Shown in pieces: positions 53,229 to 61,587 of a stretch of 64,000 nucleotides of DNA. The stretch lies in the NCBI GenBank assembly GCA_963674965.2, contig CAXXFL010000003.1:96001-160000 (forward strand). The letters run 5' to 3'. Both the position numbers and the translations under genes were made by a program. The notes under the pieces are model-generated. The model made no database searches. It had not been told where the DNA came from and was given only the letters and a program-made list of their open reading frames with translations. Position 1 is the first letter of the stretch, and each line of letters starts with the position of its first letter. Source of the stretch: a bacterium (lineage in GTDB: Bacteria; RBG-13-61-14; DATKZS01).

Positions 53229-54002
53229 TTATTCCTCCTCCATGATAGAGACCATTTCATCGTGAATAAGCCCGTTGGTGGCCAGCATTTTTTTCGAGTA
53301 TATGTCGGTGGAGGCGCCGGAAAGGCCGGTCCATTTGCCCCCCGCTTCCTCGAGGATCAGGGTCCCGGCGGCCACGTCCCATGCGTTGAGGCCTATTTCC
53401 CAGAACCCGTCGAACCTTCCCGCGGCCACGTAGCAAAGATCGAGGGCCGCGCTGCCGTCCCTCCTCAGGGACTGGGCCTCGGGCAGCACCTTGAGGTAGG
53501 GCTGGAGGGTCCTCTCGAGCATCTCCCCCTTGTGATAGGAAAAGCCGGTGCAGACGAGGGAATCCTCGACCTTGCCGGTCTTGCTGACTCGAATCCTTTC
53601 ATCGTTAAGGAAGGCGCCCTCTCCCCGTATGGCGTGGAAGGTCTCGCCCGCGGCCTCGTCCCGGACCAGGCCGACCTTGACTTCGCCCTTTACCGCCAGG
53701 GCGATGGAAACGCAAAACCTCTTGTAGCCGTGGGCGTAGTTGGTGGTCCCGTCCAACGGGTCCACTATCCAAAGGTAATCCGAGCCGCCTCCCGACTCGC
53801 CTCCCTCCTCGGCCAGGAAGTCATGGCCGGGAAAGCGACTCGAGATCAAGTCCAGGATTACCTTCTCGCATTTGATATCCACCTCGGTAACGAGATTGGA
53901 CCGGCCCTTGAAGTTGATCTGGAAGGACCGGTTAAGGCTTTCCATTTGGATGGCTCCCGCTTTCGCCGCGGCCTCCCTGGCCGCTTCCAGGTACTGGTTC
54001 AT
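53229..54002 (-). CDS. suhB: Inositol monophosphatase family protein
   Basis: LVTEVD, AEE, WIVDPLDGTTNY, GSAALDLCYVAAG, WDVAAG. Confidence 0.95.
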   Translation of the reverse strand: MNQYLEAAREAAAKAGAIQMESLNRSFQINFKGRSNLVTEVDIKCEKVILDLISSRFPGHDFLAEEGGESGGGSDYLWIVDPLDGTTNYAHGYKRFCVSIALAVKGEVKVGLVRDEAAGETFHAIRGEGAFLNDERIRVSKTGKVEDSLVCTGFSYHKGEMLERTLQPYLKVLPEAQSLRRDGSAALDLCYVAAGRFDGFWEIGLNAWDVAAGTLILEEAGGKWTGLSGASTDIYSKKMLATNGLIHDEMVSIMEEE

Positions 54003-54038
54003 ATCAGGGTCCCTTCACTTCGAGCGTTGACGTCAGTT

Positions 54039-54926
54039 TTACAAAGCCCTCCACTCGTCGGGCCTAAGCATGGCGCCTCGAGGGTCGGCCAGGGCCGAGT
54101 CGATTATTTTTACCAACCTTTCCTTGTCCCGGTTAAGGGTCCCCTTGAGGGGCAGCCAGTTGCTGGCGTGGTTGGTCCGAAAGACCGTGTTCTTCATCTC
54201 CGAACCCTCGATGAGGCCCCTTAGTTCCCTGAGTATCTCGAATTTATTCGGCCACTGGAAATCGTCTCCCATCTTTTGGGCGAAGTGGTCCTCGAGGGGG
54301 CCCAGCATGAGGGTAAGGGCCGAGGCGTACTCGGGCTGGAGGGAATTCAAAAGTCCCGCCGTCATGGCCGCGTGCCTCTCGCTTCCTTTCCTTCCCGCCA
54401 GTCCCAGGAGCACGGTGACGGACACCTCGAAGCCGGCCTCGTGGGCCTTGGCCACTCCCTCGATCATGCTCGAGGGGGTACCCTTCTTCTTGACCTTCTC
54501 GAGCACCTCGGGGTCGCCCGACTCGACGCCGTAGTAGAGCATGGTCAGGCCCGCCTTCCTTATGGCGTTCAATTCCTCCTGGCTCTTTACGATCAGGTTG
54601 AGGGGGTTGGCGTAGCTCGTGACCCTTTCCAGGCGGGGGAAGCTTTTATACAGGTAGTCGAGTATCTCCAGGAGCTGGGAAGTCCTTATTACCAGGGCGT
54701 CGCCGTCGGCCAGGAACACGCGGGGCGCCGTCGGCCACTGGCGGACGCAGTAATCTATGTCCCTTTTTATCTCGCTTACCCGCCTTATCTTGAAGCGCTT
54801 GCCCTTGTACATGAGGCAAAAGAGGCAGGCGTTGGCCGAGCAGCCGCGGGTCGCCTGGATGATGAGGCTGTTGGCCTCGGACGGCGGCCGGTAAAGGGGC
54901 ATGTCGTATTCCATGGCGTAACTCAT
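54039..54926 (-). CDS. Radical SAM protein with a CxxxxCxxC motif
   Basis: YRPPSEANSLIIQATRGCSANACLFC, FLADGDAL, GVESG, HASN. Confidence 0.88.
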   Translation of the reverse strand: MSYAMEYDMPLYRPPSEANSLIIQATRGCSANACLFCLMYKGKRFKIRRVSEIKRDIDYCVRQWPTAPRVFLADGDALVIRTSQLLEILDYLYKSFPRLERVTSYANPLNLIVKSQEELNAIRKAGLTMLYYGVESGDPEVLEKVKKKGTPSSMIEGVAKAHEAGFEVSVTVLLGLAGRKGSERHAAMTAGLLNSLQPEYASALTLMLGPLEDHFAQKMGDDFQWPNKFEILRELRGLIEGSEMKNTVFRTNHASNWLPLKGTLNRDKERLVKIIDSALADPRGAMLRPDEWRAL

Positions 54927-55142
54927 CTCTCCTCCGGATCGGGGGGACGCCCCCCCGGCGGCGGAAAATTATGGACCGCCGCGTATCATAGTGTAGCGGC
55001 AAACTCCGGCAAATAACACCCGCCGGCCCGGACCGGAGACCGGACCCGCGGCCGGCGCGCGTCTTTTGTCCCGCCCGTTGTATTTCGACGGCGGCCCGTG
55101 TAATATCTTCCAAACGATATAAAACCATGAAAGGAAAAAGCC

Positions 55143-55463
55143 ATGTCGGATTCCGACCTGGAGAGGGCCAAAGAGGGGTTCCTGGCCAAGGCCAAAAAGT
55201 ACGCGGGCAAGATACCCTTCATTCCCGACGCGGTGGCCATGTACTACTGCATGCTCGACCCGGAGACCCCGCTTTGGGCCAAGTCCACCATCGCGGCGGC
55301 CCTGGTTTACTTCATCGTGCCCTTTGACGCCATACCCGACGTGCTGGGCCCCATCGGGTTCACCGACGACGCGGCGGTAATCGCGACGGCCCTGGCCACG
55401 GTCGAGAGGTTCGTCACGGACGAGCATCGGGGTCGGGCGAAAAAGTGGCTCGCGGGCGAGTGA
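55143..55463 (+). CDS. YkvA (DUF1232) family protein
   Basis: DPETPLWAK, ALVYFIVPFDAIPD, IGFTDDAAV. Confidence 0.9.
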   Translation: MSDSDLERAKEGFLAKAKKYAGKIPFIPDAVAMYYCMLDPETPLWAKSTIAAALVYFIVPFDAIPDVLGPIGFTDDAAVIATALATVERFVTDEHRGRAKKWLAGE

Positions 55464-55473
55464 GGCGTTGGTT

Positions 55474-55920
55474 ATGAAGATAAAGAGAGCGTTTATCAAG
55501 GTCCTGATCAGGATGGCAATGGCGGACAAAAAGCTGGTGCTGGGGGAGTTCCAGGTGCTTAAGAACCTCCAGGCGGACCTGGAGTTTTCCGACGTCGACA
55601 TAGCCCTCCTTATCAAGGAGGCGGAGAACCAGACCCTCGAGGAGATCATCGCGCCCATCCACAAATATGAGGACAGGCTTTTCACGGTCCAGCACGCTTA
55701 TTATCTGGCCACGGTGGACAAGGAATTCCACGAGGAGGAAAAGGCCCTGTTCAAGGAGCTTTTGGAGAATTTCCAAGTCACCAAGGAGGACCTGGACAGG
55801 GTGGGGCGCTCGGCCGTCAAGATAGCCGAGGGCCGCTACGACGCGCTTACCGATCCCGACCTGGCCTATCTCCACAACAATTACATGCAATCCACCTTGT
55901 CGGGAGACCTTTTGGACTGA
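55474..55920 (+). CDS. TerB-like protein
   Basis: Two TerB-type acidic motifs, MAMADKKLVLGE and LATVDKEFHEEEK; all-helical. Confidence 0.7.
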   Translation: MKIKRAFIKVLIRMAMADKKLVLGEFQVLKNLQADLEFSDVDIALLIKEAENQTLEEIIAPIHKYEDRLFTVQHAYYLATVDKEFHEEEKALFKELLENFQVTKEDLDRVGRSAVKIAEGRYDALTDPDLAYLHNNYMQSTLSGDLLD

Positions 55921-55954
55921 CCGATATCTTGCCGGTTTTTTCCTTGTTGGCGGC

Positions 55955-56860
55955 TCAGTCGCACTTGGACTCGGGCGGGTAGACGTAAAGAGAGGCTTTC
56001 GGGAAGTCCTCGGGCAGAAAGACCAGGTCCTTGTCCAGCTTGGTGAATCCCTCCCGGCCGAGGTTGACCTCGAGGTGATAGGCCGTGACCTTGCGCTCGA
56101 AGAGCCACCTTTTCTTGTAGGTCGGGTCGAAGGTCAAAAAATCCACGGCCGCCACCGTCTTCCCGTCCCCCTTTTCCGGTCCCGAGCAGATGATCGACTC
56201 CTCGTTGTAACCCACGCAGTCCTGATAGGCGATGGCCGAGGGGGAGGGGGCCTTGTCGATTACCGTCCCGTCCCTGGACAGCACGTAGGCCTGCCTGGCG
56301 TCCCAGTTAAAGGCGACTATTTTATCGCCCATGGCCGCGACGGCCCCCAGGTGGTCGCTCACGATAAAGGAGGACTTGACCCGCAGGGACTCGGGGTCGA
56401 TGGCCATCATCTCGGACTTGGCCCCGATGGGCCGGTAATGGGCCGATGCGACCCACAGGGTCCCCGTCTCGTCCACGTCGATCCCCGAGGGGTGGTACAT
56501 CGAGTCCCGCGTCAGGTCGAGGACCTTGGGCGCCTCGAGTTTCGAGCCGGCGGCCGGGAAACCCTCGGGCCTCTCGTAGCGGTAGAGCAAGGCCTTTTTT
56601 TCGCCGCGCTCGACGCAGGTCGCGAAAACGTACTTGTCGGTAATGGCCAGTCCCTGGGCGTGACACTCTCCCGTGGCCGGCAGCGGTATAACCGACTTGG
56701 GTGGAGAGCAGTAAAAGGCCGTCTCGGACAGGTCGAAGGCGCAGGTCTTCTTCCCCATGGCCGGATCGAGGGCGGCCAGGACAAGGGCCAGGGCGACAAT
56801 AGCCGAAGCCGCGGCGGCGAAGGTATTATAAGTCAAGTCATTGGTTTTGAGCTTCATCAT
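55955..56860 (-). CDS. Exported beta-propeller-like protein (DUF6454-like)
   Basis: Signal peptide, HAQGL, YHPSGID, WVASAHYRP, DHLGAV, NWDAR, YQDC. Confidence 0.65.
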   Translation of the reverse strand: MMKLKTNDLTYNTFAAAASAIVALALVLAALDPAMGKKTCAFDLSETAFYCSPPKSVIPLPATGECHAQGLAITDKYVFATCVERGEKKALLYRYERPEGFPAAGSKLEAPKVLDLTRDSMYHPSGIDVDETGTLWVASAHYRPIGAKSEMMAIDPESLRVKSSFIVSDHLGAVAAMGDKIVAFNWDARQAYVLSRDGTVIDKAPSPSAIAYQDCVGYNEESIICSGPEKGDGKTVAAVDFLTFDPTYKKRWLFERKVTAYHLEVNLGREGFTKLDKDLVFLPEDFPKASLYVYPPESKCD

Positions 56861-56888
56861 CAATCCCTTGCGCGTTGGGATTCGTGGC

Positions 56889-57674
56889 TCAGTCCAGGTC
56901 GAACTCAGCCACGATGGGGGTGTGGTCGGATGGCTTCTTGGCCTTGCGGGGGGCCACGTCGATATAGGCGTCCCGTGATTTTTCCGCGATGGCCCGCGTT
57001 CCCAGGATATGGTCTACCCGCCAGCCGGCGCCCTTGGCGACCGCGTCCTTTACCCGGTAGTCCCAGAAGGAGTATTGGCCCTCCCCGGGCTTATGCTTGC
57101 GAAAGACGTCCTCGAAGCCCCACTCCATAACTTTTTCCAGCTTTTTTATCACCTCGGGGTGGTAATCCACGTGGCCGAGCAGCCGCTTGGGGTCGTGGAC
57201 GTCGATCGCGGTGGGGGCCACGTTCAAGTCGCCCACCCATAAAAGCTTGTCGCCGGGGGAATAGTTCTTTTGGAAATAGGCCAGGAGACGGTCGAACCAT
57301 TTCAATTTGTATTGGAAGTAGTCGCTCTCGGCGTCCCTTCCCTGGGGCACGTAGGCGTTGACCAGGTGGACCCCATCCACCACCGCCGCGATCAGGCGGG
57401 TCTCGTCCGAGTCCTTGCTCCCGCCCAGGCCGTACCTTACGTCCTCGGCCATGGACTGGGAAATAATGGCCACCCCGTTATAAGCCTTCTCGCCCCGGAA
57501 AGCCACGTTATACCCGGCTTCCCTGATGGGGTCCTCGGGGAAGTCCTTGTCCTGGACCTTGGTCTCCTGGAGACAAAAAGCGTCGGGCTGATGCTTGTGA
57601 AGCCAGTCCAGCAGGATGGGCATCCTGCTCCGGATGGAGTTGACGTTCCAACTCGCTATTTTCCAGGTCCCCAT
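56889..57674 (-). CDS. xth: Exodeoxyribonuclease III
   Basis: SWNVNSIR, CLQETK, YNGVAI, GDLNVA, FWDYR, WRVDH, SDHTP. Confidence 0.96.
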   Translation of the reverse strand: MGTWKIASWNVNSIRSRMPILLDWLHKHQPDAFCLQETKVQDKDFPEDPIREAGYNVAFRGEKAYNGVAIISQSMAEDVRYGLGGSKDSDETRLIAAVVDGVHLVNAYVPQGRDAESDYFQYKLKWFDRLLAYFQKNYSPGDKLLWVGDLNVAPTAIDVHDPKRLLGHVDYHPEVIKKLEKVMEWGFEDVFRKHKPGEGQYSFWDYRVKDAVAKGAGWRVDHILGTRAIAEKSRDAYIDVAPRKAKKPSDHTPIVAEFDLD

Positions 57675-57702
57675 TTTTCACCTTTCGCGAACGCGGCGCG
57701 GG

Positions 57703-58926
57703 TCATCGTTTTTGCGCCGCCATCAGCACGTGGCCGTATATCGCCGCTCCCAGGGCCACTCCCTCGTCGGGCATGATCTGGTCGTAAATAATATCGCCGA
57801 AAACCTCCCGCAGGCGCTGCTTGATCTTGGGCATGCGCGTCTGGCCGCCAACCAGAAGCATGGCGTCCAGCTTGAGGTTGGGGTCCAGGGTCCGGGCGTT
57901 CTCGATGGTATCGAGGGCCACGGAGATGGTTTTCTCGATCAGGTTGGACATGAGGTAATCGAGCAGGTCCCGGGAGAGCTTGACGTCGATGTCAACCTTG
58001 GGGTCTATCTCGGGTATGACCTTGGACACGTGGATAAGGGTCTGGGGGGTGTCCGAGAGCGCGATCTTGGATTTCTCCGACTCCGTCTTGATGGCCCGCA
58101 GGATGTCCTTGTCCGTGATGCTGATACCCTCACGGTAATTGGCGCCGTCGGCGAAGGTCTTGTTGCGCGTGGATATCTTGAACTCGCTCAAAAGGTAGTC
58201 CAGGATGCCGTGATCGAAATCGTCTCCCCCCAGCCAGGGCTCGCCCATGGTGGCCAGCTCGTCGTATCCTCCCGGCACCCTCCGGAAAACGGAGAAGTCG
58301 AAGGTACCCCCGCCGAGGTCGTAAACCGCGATGGTGTGCTCGCCCTTGTTCTGATACCCGAAGGCGTAGGCGCTGGCCATGGTCTCGTCCAGGAGGCCGA
58401 TGATGTTGAACCCCACCTTTTCCGCCACCTGCTTGATGGCCGTGGAGTACCTGGTCTTCTGCGTGGTGGGCATGGTGATAACCACGTCCTCCATGGGCTC
58501 CTTGAGAAAGGTCTCGCTCATCTGCTTCAAGTAGCGGAAGATGTAAGTGGCTATGTCGATGGGCGTGGCCGTCAGGTCCATCTCGTTGATGCGCACGAGG
58601 ATGTCCATCTCGTGGCTCTTGGCGTTGGGGTCCTTGTCCAGGATGTAATAATACTTCTCCTGGGCGATCTTCACGTCATCCGACTCGTAGCTGCGGCCGA
58701 TGAAGCGCTTGATCGAGTGGATGGTGCAAAAGGGGTTTTCCACGTACTTGGACTTGGCCGCCCGGCCCACCATGACCCTGACGTTCCCCCCCTTCTGGTA
58801 GAAGTAAACCACCGAGGGAACAAGTTTGTATCTTTCCTTGTCCAGCGCCACCTTGGGCTTGCCCTGGTCCAGGTAGGCGACGCAGGAGTTGGTCGTACCG
58901 AAATCTATACCGAAAACCCGGCCCAT
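57703..58926 (-). CDS. Hsp70-family protein made of the nucleotide-binding domain only
   Basis: GIDFGTTNS, SIKRFIGR, VYDLGGGTFD, LGGDDFD, LVGGQTRMP, VALGAAI, then stop; no substrate-binding domain. Confidence 0.9.
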   Translation of the reverse strand: MGRVFGIDFGTTNSCVAYLDQGKPKVALDKERYKLVPSVVYFYQKGGNVRVMVGRAAKSKYVENPFCTIHSIKRFIGRSYESDDVKIAQEKYYYILDKDPNAKSHEMDILVRINEMDLTATPIDIATYIFRYLKQMSETFLKEPMEDVVITMPTTQKTRYSTAIKQVAEKVGFNIIGLLDETMASAYAFGYQNKGEHTIAVYDLGGGTFDFSVFRRVPGGYDELATMGEPWLGGDDFDHGILDYLLSEFKISTRNKTFADGANYREGISITDKDILRAIKTESEKSKIALSDTPQTLIHVSKVIPEIDPKVDIDVKLSRDLLDYLMSNLIEKTISVALDTIENARTLDPNLKLDAMLLVGGQTRMPKIKQRLREVFGDIIYDQIMPDEGVALGAAIYGHVLMAAQKR

Positions 58927-58946
58927 TTTTCCTCCCGATTATGCCG

Positions 58947-59429
58947 TTATTTCTGGCTGGCCATCCGGATGATCTCGTTGGCGATGGCCAGCCTTTCCGT
59001 CGTCTCCCGCAGGCGGTGGGAAAGGACCATCGTAAGCCTCCGGTAAATCTTGAAGGCGATCTCATGGTCGTTTTGCATGAGGTCCATGAAGTATTCCTTT
59101 TTGATACGGAACAACTTCACCTCGGTCCTGGCCCTGACCGTGGCCGAGCGGGGCTCGCCCTCCACCAGGGCCATCTCCCCGAAAAGCTCGCCCTCCCCGA
59201 GAACGGCCACCACCGCCTCCTCGTTGGAGTCGTCCTCGGGCTTGTCCACCACCACCTCGACCTCGCCCTCCCGGACGAGGTACATGGCGTCGCCCGCCTC
59301 ACCCCTTTTAAAGACCTTGCCCCCCGCGTTCAGGCTGACCTTCTGAACAAGGTTCGAGACCTTGATCAGCTCCGAGTTGGAAAGGTCGCGGAAAAGAGGT
59401 ATCTTTTTCAAAAGCTCGAAAGGTTCCAT
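58947..59429 (-). CDS. Stand-alone cyclic-nucleotide-binding domain protein
   Basis: LKKIPLFRDL, GEAGDAMYLVREGEV, phosphate-binding cassette FGEMALVEGEPRSATVRA; no HTH. Confidence 0.92.
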   Translation of the reverse strand: MEPFELLKKIPLFRDLSNSELIKVSNLVQKVSLNAGGKVFKRGEAGDAMYLVREGEVEVVVDKPEDDSNEEAVVAVLGEGELFGEMALVEGEPRSATVRARTEVKLFRIKKEYFMDLMQNDHEIAFKIYRRLTMVLSHRLRETTERLAIANEIIRMASQK

Positions 59430-59453
59430 GGATCAAGACCTCCCGTGTGACCG

Positions 59454-59496
59454 TGTCAATCATATAATAATATGACTTATAACGCGAAACTGTCAA
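59454..59496 (-). promoter_or_regulatory. Putative promoter/operator region of the cNMP-Hsp70 operon
   Basis: Minus strand TTGACA (59496-59491), 18 bp, TATTAT. Inverted repeat TCATAT-N4-ATATGA at 59460-59475 overlaps the -10 region. Confidence 0.4.
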
Positions 59497-59512
59497 CGCA
59501 AGGAGAATAATC

Positions 59513-60823
59513 ATGAAAGGAAAGGCACAAGGGCTGGCCGCGTATTTAACGTTAATCCTCGCGACAATGCTTCCCGCCACGCCCGCCCGGACGGACGGAT
59601 GTTTTTTACCAAAAACTTCCCGGGTTGCCACGAGCTTCGACCAACTGGCGGTTATGGTCAAGACGGAAGATGACGTGACCATGACCCTCTCCACGCAATA
59701 CTCCGGGGACGGCGAGGATTTCGCCTGGATTATACCCGTAAAGGGCCTCTTATCGCCGGGACGCGTATATGAGGCGCCTGAAGATTTGTCCGCGGTATCT
59801 TTTCTGAGCACTTATTCGGCCCCTGAAATCGAGTGGTTATACGAGACGAGGAACTTCGCCGGGGGCGCTTTAGGCATGATGATGGCCGGCCGCGGCCTAA
59901 GCTCCGTCGCCGTAATAGACGGACTGTTGACCGATAACTATGAAGTAAGCGTATTAAAGGCGAAGGATAAGTCTTCCCTTGTCGATTGGCTTCTTGACAA
60001 CGGCTACTCCGTGGCCCCCCGGACGGAGGGCGTATTGGGAGAATATATCCGGGAGGGCTGGTCGTTCGTGGCGGTTAAGATTCGAGCAAGGGCAAGAGGC
60101 GAAAAACGAGGATATCCGCGTCCAATATGCGTCCGTTACAAGAGCGAGGACCTGGTTTTCCCTCTTCGCGTATCCTCGGTCAGCACCAAAGAGGAAGTAA
60201 GAGTAATCCTGATGATCATCGGCGAGAGCACCTTTTCCTCATCCAACTTTGGAATGGGCGAGATGGTCTACAGAAAAGAGGTGGGAAAGCTATACGACGA
60301 GGAACTTTTCATGAGATGGGCGCTGAAAGACAGCCTGGCCTGGACGGGAAAACCCATTGCCGTCACTTTCGCCGGCCGACTTCCCCCCATGGATATCAAG
60401 GAACCGTTGGGAATCCTGGAGGAATACGAGATTCCTTCATGGGCGCTTGACGACCCTGAAGCGCTCAAGCGCTACCTCGAATTCGACCCTGACGAACCTT
60501 TACCCTCGCAATGCATCGATGATTTCTGGGCGCGTATTTTCAGCGCGAAAAGACAATATTTTACCATCCCCATGCAAGGCGAGTGGGGCAGAGCAAGAGG
60601 AGGAGAACCCGCAATCCGGTGGCTTAGAGTGAGTCATAATTGCAATTCTCTGGAATGGCCGGAAAATTTCTGGCTTGGCCGCCTGGACCGGGACAAGACC
60701 TATTACCTTACCAGGTTGGAAACGATCATGACCCCTGACCAGATGATAGACGACGTCCACCTCGAGCCGGATGAGGAAAATAGAAGTTTTGCCGTAAAAT
60801 TTAAAGCCAAACGGGAATACTAG
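59513..60823 (+). CDS. DUF2330-like exported protein
   Basis: Signal peptide then DGCF, YSGDGEDFAWIIPV, LVDWLLDNGY, YIREGWSFVAVK, FPLRVSS, YLTRL. Confidence 0.75.
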   Translation: MKGKAQGLAAYLTLILATMLPATPARTDGCFLPKTSRVATSFDQLAVMVKTEDDVTMTLSTQYSGDGEDFAWIIPVKGLLSPGRVYEAPEDLSAVSFLSTYSAPEIEWLYETRNFAGGALGMMMAGRGLSSVAVIDGLLTDNYEVSVLKAKDKSSLVDWLLDNGYSVAPRTEGVLGEYIREGWSFVAVKIRARARGEKRGYPRPICVRYKSEDLVFPLRVSSVSTKEEVRVILMIIGESTFSSSNFGMGEMVYRKEVGKLYDEELFMRWALKDSLAWTGKPIAVTFAGRLPPMDIKEPLGILEEYEIPSWALDDPEALKRYLEFDPDEPLPSQCIDDFWARIFSAKRQYFTIPMQGEWGRARGGEPAIRWLRVSHNCNSLEWPENFWLGRLDRDKTYYLTRLETIMTPDQMIDDVHLEPDEENRSFAVKFKAKREY

Positions 60824-61122
60824 AAGGAGCAAGGGTAACAATCCGCCGGCAATACAATATCTTTCCGATTCGGCCCGAGTCGTTAGTTTTCTTTTAACGA
60901 GCGTTTTTATTTTCACGAGGCCTTATAATGTGCTATTATTTTTTGTAACGGACACGTAGTTTGCTAATCCATATCGGCGAGGTTAAATATGTATATGGCC
61001 TTGCGGGATATCTCAGTAGTTTTCGAAAAGCAGGAAGTTTTCCGAACTAGCCGTTTACTACCCAAAAATCAGATACCGCCGGAGAATTCGCGCGTGCATG
61101 AAACAAAAAATGGAGATTGCCA

Positions 61123-61587
61123 ATGACCACCGTATCAACCACCTCCGACGTGGAGTCCGTCCTTTCGGCCTTTGAAAGGTCCAGGGAGAACCTCATACCC
61201 ATCCTTCAGGGAGTGCAGCGGAAAGAGGGGTTTATCTCGGAGGACGCGCTCATCAGGATCTCCGAATACCTCGAGCTGTCGCCCAACGACGTTTACGGAG
61301 TGGCCACCTTTTACGCCCAGTTCAGGTTCCTGCCTCCCGGCAAGTGCCAGATCAAGGTCTGCCAGGGAACGGCCTGCCACGTGAGGGGAGGAAAGAACAT
61401 CCTCGACGCCGTCGTCAAAAAGCTGGGCATCAAGCCGGGCGAGACCACGGAGGACCTCGAGTACAGCCTCGAGCGGGTGGCCTGCTTCGGGTCCTGCGCC
61501 CTGGCCCCGGTGGTGGTCATCGACGACAAGGTCTACGGCAGGATGAGCCCGAAGAAAACCGAAGAGCTTATAAAGGATCGCAAATGA
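61123..61587 (+). CDS. NuoE/HydC-like [2Fe-2S] subunit
   Basis: LIPILQ, YGVATFYAQF, CQGTAC, ACFGSC. Confidence 0.93.
   Translation: MTTVSTTSDVESVLSAFERSRENLIPILQGVQRKEGFISEDALIRISEYLELSPNDVYGVATFYAQFRFLPPGKCQIKVCQGTACHVRGGKNILDAVVKKLGIKPGETTEDLEYSLERVACFGSCALAPVVVIDDKVYGRMSPKKTEELIKDRK

Noticed and set aside
57616..59046. 476-aa plus-strand ORF opposite the Hsp70-like gene
   Set aside because: Long antisense frames opposite hsp70 genes are a familiar codon-bias effect; no RBS or recognisable motif.
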